Source: Auanema rhodensis (taxonomy: Eukaryota > Animalia > Nematoda). Taken from it: DNA of 64,000 bases. A program made the translations under genes and the position numbers. The DNA lies in the NCBI GenBank assembly GCA_964057225.1, contig OZ059894.1:22692001-22756000 (forward strand), given 5' to 3'. This document shows, in pieces, positions 1 to 10,689 of the stretch. The notes beneath the pieces are model-generated. The model did not search any database and had not been told where the DNA came from. It worked only from the letters and a program-made list of their open reading frames with translations. Numbering within the stretch: position 1 is the stretch's first letter; each line of letters begins with the position of its first letter.

Positions 1-37
1 ATTAGTTATGATCGTTTGAAAAATGATTCATTAGTGT

Positions 38-65
38 ATGTTGAGTTTCCATGTACACTCAACAT
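38..65. other. Intra-monomer inverted repeat (9-bp arms, 10-nt spacer), present in essentially every full monomer
   Basis: atgttgagt (38-46) is the exact reverse complement of actcaacat (57-65). Confidence 0.9.
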
Positions 66-216
66 TGCTTCCAAAAACATTTTGACAAAAATTTTTTCGA
101 GAAATTTCAAAATAATTTAGCAAAAAGTAGATGTTTTTAGATTCGTTTTTTTCAAGGCAAAGACGATGGACAATGTTATTCAACGAAAAAATTAATTCTT
201 CAGGGTGAAAATCGAG

Positions 217-238
217 GATATAAGTGTGAACTTATATC
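217..238. other. Intra-monomer inverted repeat (9-bp arms, 4-nt GTGA loop), present in full and truncated units
   Basis: gatataagt (217-225) is the exact reverse complement of acttatatc (230-238). Confidence 0.9.
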
Positions 239-248
239 AGTTGATATC

Positions 249-315
249 TCGGTGCATTTTTAAGCTAGCGCAAATCTGATAACACAGATCGACGCAGCTT
301 AAAAATCCGCATCGA
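249..315. other. Intra-monomer 67-nt imperfect hairpin
   Basis: tcggtgc/gcatcga (one G-T pair), atttttaagct (256-266)/agcttaaaaat (296-306) perfect 11 bp, gcg/cgc, and atctg (274-278)/cagat (285-289) with loop ataaca. Confidence 0.85.
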
Positions 316-1055
316 ATGCACTATACTACATTGAGAAACGCTTAATACAAAAATTAGTTATGATCGTTTGAAAAATGATGCATTAGTGTATGTTGAGTTT
401 CCATGTACACTCAACATTGCTTCCAAAAACATTTTGACAAAAATTTTTTCGAGAAATTTCAAAATAATTTAGCAAAAAGTAGATGTTTTTAGATTCGTTT
501 TTTTCAAGGCAAAGACGATGGACAATGTTATTCAACGAAAAAATTAATTCTTCAGGGTGAAAATCGAGGATATAAGTGTGAACTTATATCAGTTGATATC
601 TCGGTGCATTTTTAAGCTAGCGCAAATCTGATAACACAGATCGACGCAGCTTAAAAATCCGCATCGAATGCACTATACTACATTGAGAAACGCTTAATAC
701 AAAAATTAGTTATGATCGTTTGAAAAATGATGCATTAGTGTATGTTGAGTTTCCATGTACACTCAACATTGCTTCCAAAAACATTTTGACAAAAATTTTT
801 TCGAAAAATTTCAAAATAATTTAGCAAAAAGTAGATGTTTTTAGATTCCATTTTTCAAGGCAAAGACGATGGACAATGTTATTCAACGAAAAAATTAATT
901 CTTCAGGGTGAAAATCGAGGATATAAGTGTGAACTTATATCAGTTGATATCTCGGTGCATTTTTAAGCTAGCGCAAATCTGATAACACAGATCGACGCAG
1001 CTTAAAAATCCGCATCGAATGCACTATACTACATTGAGAAACGCTTAATACAAAA

Positions 1056-4000
1056 ATTAGTTATGATCGTTTGAAAAATGATGCATTAGTGTATGTTGAG
1101 TTTCCATGTACACTCAACATTGCTTCCAAAAACATTTTGACAAAAATTTTTTCGAGAAATTTCAAAATAATTTAGCAAAAAGTAGATGTTTTTAGATTCC
1201 TTTTTTCAAGGCAAAGACGATGGACAATGTTATTCAACGAAAAAATTAATTCTTCAGGGTGAAAATCGAGGATATAAGTGTGAACTTATATCAGTTGATA
1301 TCTCGGTGCATTTTTAAGCTAGCGCAAATCTGATAACACAGATCGACGCAGCTTAAAAATCCGCATCGAATGCAATATACTACATTGAGAAACGCTTAAT
1401 ACAAAAATTAGTTATGATCGTTTGAAAAATGATGCATTAGTGTATGTTGAGTTTCCATGTACACTCAACATTGCTTCCAAAAACATTTTGACAAAAATTT
1501 TTTCGAGAAATTTCAAAATAATTTAGCAAAAAGTAGATGTTTTTAGATTCCTTTTTTCAAGGCAAAGACGATGGACAATGTTATTCAACGAAAAAATTAA
1601 TTCTTCAGGGTGAAAATCGAGGATATAAGTGTGAACTTATATCAGTTGATATCTCGGTGCATTTTTAAGCTAGCGCAAATCTGATAACACAGATCGACGC
1701 AGCTTAAAAATCCGCATCGAATGCAATATACTACATTGAGAAACGCTTAATACAAAAATTAGTTATGATCGTTTGAAAAATGATGCATTAGTGTATGTTG
1801 AGTTTCCATGTACACTCAACATTGCTTCCAAAAACATTTTGACAAAAATTTTTTCGAAAAACTTCAAAATAATTTAGCAAAAAGTAGATGTTTTTAGATT
1901 CCTTTTTTCAAGGCAAAGACGATGGACAATGTTATTCAACGAAAAAATTAATTCTTCAGGGTGAAAATCGAGGATATAAGTGTGAACTTATATCAGTTGA
2001 TATCTCGGTGCATTGTTAAGCTAGCGCAAATCTGATAACACAGATCGACGCAGCTTAAAAATCCGCATCGAATGCACTATACTACATTGAGAATCGCTTA
2101 ATACAAAAATTAGTTATGATCGTTTGAAAAATGATGCATTAGTGTATGTTGAGTTTCCATGTACACTCAACATTGCTTCCAAAAACATTTTGACAAAAAT
2201 TTTTTCGAAAAATTTCAGAATAATTTAGCAAAAAGTAGATGTTTTTAGATTCCTTTTTTCAAGGCAAAGACGATGGTCAATGTTATTCAACGAAAAAATC
2301 AATTCTTCAGGGTGAAAATCGAGGATATAAGTGTGAACTTATATCAGTTGATATCTCGGTGCATTTTTAAGCTAGCGCAAATCTGATAACACAGAACGAC
2401 GCAGCTTAAAAATCCGCATCGAATGCACTATACTACATTGAGAAACGCTTAATACAAAAATTAGTTATGATCGTTTGAAAAATGATGCATTAGTGTATGT
2501 TGAGTTTCCATGTACACTCAACATTGCTTCCAAAAACATTTTGACAAAAATTTTTTCGAGAAATTTCAAAATAATTTAGCAAAAAGTAGATGTTTTTAGA
2601 TTCCCTTTTTCAAGGCAAAGACGATGGACAATGTTATTCAACGAAAAAATTAATTCTTCAGGGTGAAAATCGAGGATATAAGTGTGAACTTATATCAGTT
2701 GATATCTCGGTGCATTTTTAAGCTAGCGCAAATCTGATAACACAGATCGACGCAGCTTAAAAATCCGCATCGAATGCACTATACTACATTGAGAAACGCT
2801 TAATACAAAAATTAGTTATGATCGTTTGAAAAATGATGCATTAGTGTATGTTGAGTTTCCATGTACACTCAACATTGCTTCCAAAAACATTTTGACAAAA
2901 ATTTTTTCGAAAAATTTCAAAATAATTTAGCAAAAAGTAGATGTTTTTAGATTCCATTTTTCAAGGCAAAGACGATGGACAATGTTATTCAACGAAAAAA
3001 TTAATTCTTCAGGGTGAAAATCGAGGATATAAGTGTGAACTTATATCAGTTGATATCTCGGTGCATTTTTAAGCTAGCGCAAATCTGATAACACAGATCG
3101 ACGCAGCTTAAAAATCCGCATCGAATGCACTATACTACATTGAGAAACGCTTAATACAAAAATTAGTTATGATCGTTTGAAAAATGATGCATTAGTGTAT
3201 GTTGAGTTTCCATGTACACTCAACATTGCTTCCAAAAACATTTTGACAAAAATTTTTTCGAAAAATTTCAAAATAATTTAGCAAAAAGTAGATGTTTTTA
3301 GATTCCTTTTTTCAAGGCAAAGACGATGGACAATGTTATTCAACGAAAAAATTAATTCTTCAGGGTGAAAATCGAGGATATAAGTGTGAACTTATATCAG
3401 TTGATATCTCGGTGCATTTTTAAGCTAGCGCAAATCTGATAACACAGATCGACGCAGCTTAAAAATCCGCATCGAATGCACTATACTACATTGAGAAACG
3501 CTTAATACAAAAATTAGTTATGATCGTTTGAAAAATGATGCATTAGTGTATGTTGAGTTTCCATGTACACTCAACATTGCTTCCAAAAACATTTTGACAA
3601 AAATTTTTTCGAAAAATTTCAAAATAATTTAGCAAAAAGTAGATGTTTTTAGATTCCTTTTTTCAAGGCAAAGACGATGGACAATGTTATTCAACGAAAA
3701 AATTAATTCTTCAGGGTGAAAATCGAGGATATAAGTGTGAACTTATATCAGTTGATATCTCGGTGCATTTTTAAGCTAGCGCAAATCTGATAACACAGAT
3801 CGACGCAGCTTAAAAATCCGCATCGAATGCACTACACTACATTGAGAAACGCTTAATACAAAAATTAGTTATGATCGTTTGAAAAATGATGCATTAGTGT
3901 ATGTTGAGTTTCCATGTACACTCAACATTGCTTCCAAAAACATTTTGACAAAAATTTTTTCGAAAAATTTCAAAATAATTTAGCAAAAAGTAGATGTTTT

Positions 4001-7000
4001 TAGATTCCTTTTTTCAAGGCAAAGACGATGGACAATGTTATTCAACGAAAAAATTAATTCTTCAGGGTGAAAATCGAGGATATAAGTGTGAACTTATATC
4101 AGTTGATATCTCGGTGCATTTTTAAGCTAGCGCAAATCTGATAACACAGATCGACGCAGCTTAAAAATCCGCATCGAATGCACTATACTACATTGAGAAA
4201 CGTTTAATACAAAAATTAGTTATGATCGTTTGAAAAATGATGCATTAGTGTATGTTGAGTTTCCATGTACACTCAACATTGCTTCCAAAAACATTTTGAC
4301 AAAAATTTTTTCGAGAAATTTCAAAATAATTTAGCAAAAAGTAGATGTTTTTAGATTCCTTTTTTCAAGGCAAAGACGATGGACAATGTTATTCAACGAA
4401 AAAATTAATTCTTCAGGGTGAAAATCGAGGATATAAGTGTGAACTTATATCAGTTGATATCTCGGTGCATTTTTAAGCTAGCGCAAATCTGATAACACAG
4501 ATCGACGCAGCTTAAAAATCCGCATCGAATGCAATATACTACATTGAGAAACGCTTAATACAAAAATTAGTTATGATCGTTTGAAAAATGATGCATTAGT
4601 GTATGTTGAGTTTCCATGTACACTCAACATTGCTTCCAAAAACATTTTGACAAAAATTTTTTCGAGAAATTTCAAAATAATTTAGCAAAAAGTAGATGTT
4701 TTTAGATTCCTTTTTTCAAGGCAAAGACGATGGACAATGTTATTCAACGAAAAAATTAATTCTTCAGGGTGAAAATCGAGGATATAAGTGTGAACTTATA
4801 TCAGTTGATATCTCGGTGCATTTTTAAGCTAGCGCAAATCTGATAACACAGATCGACGCAGCTTAAAAATCCGCATCGAATGCAATATACTACATTGAGA
4901 AACGCTTAATACAAAAATTAGTTATGATCGTTTGAAAAATGATGCATTAGTGTATGTTGAGTTTCCATGTACACTCAACATTGCTTCCAAAAACATTTTG
5001 ACAAAAATTTTTTCGAAAAACTTCAAAATAATTTAGCAAAAAGTAGATGTTTTTAGATTCCTTTTTTCAAGGCAAAGACGATGGACAATGTTATTCAACG
5101 AAAAAATTAATTCTTCAGGGTGAAAATCGAGGATATAAGTGTGAACTTATATCAGTTGATATCTCGGTGCATTGTTAAGCTAGCGCAAATCTGATAACAC
5201 AGATCGACGCAGCTTAAAAATCCGCATCGAATGCACTATACTACATTGAGAATCGCTTAATACAAAAATTAGTTATGATCGTTTGAAAAATGATGCATTA
5301 GTGTATGTTGAGTTTCCATGTACACTCAACATTGCTTCCAAAAACATTTTGACAAAAATTTTTTCGAAAAATTTCAGAATAATTTAGCAAAAAGTAGATG
5401 TTTTTAGATTCCTTTTTTCAAGGCAAAGACGATGGTCAATGTTATTCAACGAAAAAATCAATTCTTCAGGGTGAAAATCGAGGATATAAGTGTGAACTTA
5501 TATCAGTTGATATCTCGGTGCATTTTTAAGCTAGCGCAAATCTGATAACACAGAACGACGCAGCTTAAAAATCCGCATCGAATGCACTATACTACATTGA
5601 GAAACGCTTAATACAAAAATTAGTTATGATCGTTTGAAAAATGATGCATTAGTGTATGTTGAGTTTCCATGTACACTCAACATTGCTTCCAAAAACATTT
5701 TGACAAAAATTTTTTCGAGAAATTTCAAAATAATTTAGCAAAAAGTAGATGTTTTTAGATTCCCTTTTTCAAGGCAAAGACGATGGACAATGTTATTCAA
5801 CGAAAAAATTAATTCTTCAGGGTGAAAATCGAGGATATAAGTGTGAACTTATATCAGTTGATATCTCGGTGCATTTTTAAGCTAGCGCAAATCTGATAAC
5901 ACAGAACGACGCAGCTTAAAAATCCGCATCGAATGCACTATACTACATTGAGAAACGCTTAATACAAAAATTAGTTATGATCGTTTGAAAAATGATGCAT
6001 TAGTGTATGTTGAGTTTCCATGTACACTCAACATTGCTTCCAAAAACATTTTGACAAAAATTTTTTCGAAAAATTTCAAAATAATTTAGCAAAAAGTAGA
6101 TGTTTTTAGATTCCATTTTTCAAGGCAAAGACGATGGACAATGTTATTCAACGAAAAAATTAATTCTTCAGGGTGAAAATCGAGGATATAAGTGTGAACT
6201 TATATCAGTTGATATCTCGGTGCATTTTTAAGCTAGCGCAAATCTGATAACACAGATCGACGCAGCTTAAAAATCCGCATCGAATGCACTATACTACATT
6301 GAGAAACGCTTAATACAAAAATTAGTTATGATCGTTTGAAAAATGATGCATTAGTGTATGTTGAGTTTCCATGTACACTCAACATTGCTTCCAAAAACAT
6401 TTTGACAAAAATTTTTTCGAAAAATTTCAAAATAATTTAGCAAAAAGTAGATGTTTTTAGATTCCTTTTTTCAAGGCAAAGACGATGGACAATGTTATTC
6501 AACGAAAAAATTAATTCTTCAGGGTGAAAATCGAGGATATAAGTGTGAACTTATATCAGTTGATATCTCGGTGCATTTTTAAGCTAGCGCAAATCTGATA
6601 ACACAGATCGACGCAGCTTAAAAATCCGCATCGAATGCACTATACTACATTGAGAAACGCTTAATACAAAAATTAGTTATGATCGTTTGAAAAATGATGC
6701 ATTAGTGTATGTTGAGTTTCCATGTACACTCAACATTGCTTCCAAAAACATTTTGACAAAAATTTTTTCGAAAAATTTCAAAATAATTTAGCAAAAAGTA
6801 GATGTTTTTAGATTCCTTTTTTCAAGGCAAAGACGATGGACAATGTTATTCAACGAAAAAATTAATTCTTCAGGGTGAAAATCGAGGATATAAGTGTGAA
6901 CTTATATCAGTTGATATCTCGGTGCATTTTTAAGCTAGCGCAAATCTGATAACACAGATCGACGCAGCTTAAAAATCCGCATCGAATGCACTATACTACA

Positions 7001-10000
7001 TTGAGAAACGCTTAATACAAAAATTAGTTATGATCGTTTGAAAAATGATGCATTAGTGTATGTTGAGTTTCCATGTACACTCAACATTGCTTCCAAAAAC
7101 ATTTTGACAAAAATTTTTTCGAAAAATTTCAAAATAATTTAGCAAAAAGTAGATGTTTTTAGATTCCTTTTTTCAAGGCAAAGACGATGGACAATGTTAT
7201 TCAACGAAAAAATTAATTCTTCAGGGTGAAAATCGAGGATATAAGTGTGAACTTATATCAGTTGATATCTCGGTGCATTTTTAAGCTAGCGCAAATCTGA
7301 TAACACAGATCGACGCAGCTTAAAAATCCGCATCGAATGCACTACACTACATTGAGAAACGCTTAATACAAAAATTAGTTATGATCGTTTGAAAAATGAT
7401 GCATTAGTGTATGTTGAGTTTCCATGTACACTCAACATTGCTTCCAAAAACATTTTGACAAAAATTTTTTCGAAAAATTTCAAAATAATTTAGCAAAAAG
7501 TAGATGTTTTTAGATTCCTTTTTTCAAGGCAAAGACGATGGACAATGTTATTCAACGAAAAAATTAATTCTTCAGGGTGAAAATCGAGGATATAAGTGTG
7601 AACTTATATCAGTTGATATCTCGGTGCATTTTTAAGCTAGCGCAAATCTGATAACACAGATCGACGCAGCTTAAAAATCCGCATCGAATGCACTATACTA
7701 CATTGAGAAACGCTTAATACAAAAATTAGTTATGATCGTTTGAAAAATGATGCATTAGTGTATGTTGAGTTTCCATGTACACTCAACATTGCTTCCAAAA
7801 ACATTTTGACAAAAATTTTTTCGAGAAATTTCAAAATAATTTAGCAAAAAGTAGATGTTTTTAGATTCCTTTTTTCAAGGCAAAGACGATGGACAATGTT
7901 ATTCAACGAAAAAATTAATTCTTCAGGGTGAAAATCGAGGATATAAGTGTGAACTTATATCAGTTGATATCTCGGTGCATTTTTAAGCTAGCGCAAATCT
8001 GATAACACAGATCGACGCAGCTTAAAAATCCGCATCGAATGCAATATACTACATTGAGAAACGCTTAATACAAAAATTAGTTATGATCGTTTGAAAAATG
8101 ATGCATTAGTGTATGTTGAGTTTCCATGTACACTCAACATTGCTTCCAAAAACATTTTGACAAAAATTTTTTCGAGAAATTTCAAAATAATTTAGCAAAA
8201 AGTAGATGTTTTTAGATTCCTTTTTTCAAGGCAAAGACGATGGACAATGTTATTCAACGAAAAAATTAATTCTTCAGGGTGAAAATCGAGGATATAAGTG
8301 TGAACTTATATCAGTTGATATCTCGGTGCATTTTTAAGCTAGCGCAAATCTGATAACACAGATCGACGCAGCTTAAAAATCCGCATCGAATGCAATATAC
8401 TACATTGAGAAACGCTTAATACAAAAATTAGTTATGATCGTTTGAAAAATGATGCATTAGTGTATGTTGAGTTTCCATGTACACTCAACATTGCTTCCAA
8501 AAACATTTTGACAAAAATTTTTTCGAAAAACTTCAAAATAATTTAGCAAAAAGTAGATGTTTTTAGATTCCTTTTTTCAAGGCAAAGACGATGGACAATG
8601 TTATTCAACGAAAAAATTAATTCTTCAGGGTGAAAATCGAGGATATAAGTGTGAACTTATATCAGTTGATATCTCGGTGCATTGTTAAGCTAGCGCAAAT
8701 CTGATAACACAGATCGACGCAGCTTAAAAATCCGCATCGAATGCACTATACTACATTGAGAATCGCTTAATACAAAAATTAGTTATGATCGTTTGAAAAA
8801 TGATGCATTAGTGTATGTTGAGTTTCCATGTACACTCAACATTGCTTCCAAAAACATTTTGACAAAAATTTTTTCGAAAAATTTCAGAATAATTTAGCAA
8901 AAAGTAGATGTTTTTAGATTCCTTTTTTCAAGGCAAAGACGATGGTCAATGTTATTCAACGAAAAAATCAATTCTTCAGGGTGAAAATCGAGGATATAAG
9001 TGTGAACTTATATCAGTTGATATCTCGGTGCATTTTTAAGCTAGCGCAAATCTGATAACACAGAACGACGCAGCTTAAAAATCCGCATCGAATGCACTAT
9101 ACTACATTGAGAAACGCTTAATACAAAAATTAGTTATGATCGTTTGAAAAATGATGCATTAGTGTATGTTGAGTTTCCATGTACACTCAACATTGCTTCC
9201 AAAAACATTTTGACGAAAATTTTTTCGAGAAATTTCAAAATAATTTAGCAAAAAGTAGATGTTTTTAGATTCCCTTTTTCAAGGCAAAGACGATGGACAA
9301 TGTTATTCAACGAAAAAATTAATTCTTCAGGGTGAAAATCGAGGATATAAGTGTGAACTTATATCAGTTGATATCTCGGTGCATTTTTAAGCTAGCGCAA
9401 ATCTGATAACACAGATCGACGCAGCTTAAAAATCCGCATCGAATGCACTATACTACATTGAGAAACGCTTAATACAAAAATTAGTTATGATCGTTTGAAA
9501 AATGATGCATTAGTGTATGTTGAGTTTCCATGTACACTCAACATTGCTTCCAAAAACATTTTGACAAAAATTTTTTCGAAAAATTTCAAAATAATTTAGC
9601 AAAAAGTAGATGTTTTTAGATTCCATTTTTCAAGGCAAAGACGATGGACAATGTTATTCAACGAAAAAATTAATTCTTCAGGGTGAAAATCGAGGATATA
9701 AGTGTGAACTTATATCAGTTGATATCTCGGTGCATTTTTAAGCTAGCGCAAATCTGATAACACAGATCGACGCAGCTTAAAAATCCGCATCGAATGCACT
9801 ATACTACATTGAGAAACGCTTAATACAAAAATTAGTTATGATCGTTTGAAAAATGATGCATTAGTGTATGTTGAGTTTCCATGTACACTCAACATTGCTT
9901 CCAAAAACATTTTGACAAAAATTTTTTCGAAAAATTTCAAAATAATTTAGCAAAAAGTAGATGTTTTTAGATTCCTTTTTTAAAGGCAAAGACGATGGAC

Positions 10001-10097
10001 AATGTTATTCAACGAAAAAATTAATTCTTCAGGGTGAAAATCGAGGATATAAGTGTGAACTTATATCAGTTGATATCTCGGTGCATTTTTAAGCTAG
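1056..10097. repeat. Higher-order repeat domain, 9-mer/10-mer (3159/3510 bp), ~3 copies
   Basis: Private markers: gagaaTcgctt at 2094/5253/8763, ttccCttttt at 2605/5764/9274 (spacings 3159, 3510) and actaCactac at 3835/7345 (3510). Confidence 0.9.
3162..3512. repeat. Representative consensus-like 351-bp monomer
   Basis: One full period from attagttatg (3162) to the base before the next attagttatg (3513), carrying none of the rarer diagnostic alleles I tracked. Confidence 0.95.
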
Positions 10098-10254
10098 TTT
10101 AATTTAGCATAAAGTAGATGTTTTTAGATTCCATTTTTCAAGGCAAAGACGATGGACAATGATATTCAACAAAAAAATTAATTCTTCAGGGGGAAAATCG
10201 AGGATATAAGTGTGAACTTATATCAGTTGATATCTCGGTGCATTTTTAAGCTAG
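10098..10254. repeat. First of 28 truncated 157-bp satellite units (2-nt filler + monomer offsets 113-267)
   Basis: The junction aagctag-tt-taatttagcataaagtag occurs at 10098, 15169, 16730, 18642, 19150, 21062, 22623, 23131, 25043, 26253, 27814, 28322, 30234, 30742, 35112, 36673, 42798, 43657, 47324, 48183, 49042, 49550, 50058, 51970, 52478, 56497, 62622 and 63481. Every spacing equals 157 + n x 351 (+1 where a 352-bp monomer intervenes). Confidence 0.97.
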
Positions 10255-10689
10255 CGCAAATCTGATAACACAGATCGACGCAGCTTAAAAATCCGCATCG
10301 AATGCACTATACTACATTGAGAAACGCTTAATACAAAAATTAGTTATGATCGTTTGAAAAATGATGCATTAGTGTATGTTGAGTTTCCATGTACACTCAA
10401 CATTGCTTCCAAAAACATTTTGACAAACATTTTTTCGAAAAATTTCAAAATAATTTAGCAAAAAGTAGATGTTTTTAGATTCCATTTTTCAAGGCAAAGA
10501 CGATGGACAATGTTATTCAACGAAAAAATTAATTCTTCAGGGTGAAAATCGAGGATATAAGTGTGAACTTATATCAGTTGATATCTCGGTGCATTTTTAA
10601 GCTAGCGCAAATCTGATAACACAGATCGACGCAGCTTAAAAATCCGCATCGAATGCACTATACTACATTGAGAAACGCTTAATACAAAA

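Noticed and set aside
95-112. CENP-B box
   Set aside because: TTCG....A is present, but the required downstream CGGG is absent on both strands.
51-140. Short ORF MYTQHCFQKHFDKNFFEKFQNNLAKSRCF (29 aa) in each monomer
   Set aside because: Its length is expected by chance, it has no recognisable motif, and there is no expression signal or synonymous bias among variants.
197-203. Satellite-encoded hammerhead ribozyme (minus-strand CUGAAGA matches CUGANGA; plus-strand CUGAUAA at 276-282)
   Set aside because: No stem II can be formed between CUGAAGA and any downstream GAAA on the minus strand, and the plus-strand motif lacks the conserved G8. An Infernal/Rfam hammerhead search would be decisive.
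249-315. Pre-miRNA annotation for the 67-nt hairpin
   Set aside because: The size fits, but the upper stem is heavily interrupted, frequent alleles disrupt pairing, and there is no expression evidence; it is kept only as a structural observation.
1-352. Monomer as a diverged dimer of ~175-bp subunits
   Set aside because: No convincing direct similarity between the halves by eye; a self-alignment would be needed to exclude ancient homology.
1-352. Tandem 5S rRNA, tRNA, snRNA or spliced-leader gene array, or a named satellite such as Drosophila 359-bp
   Set aside because: No recognisable 5S, tRNA cloverleaf, A/B box or SL motif; similarity to named satellites is limited to length and AT richness.
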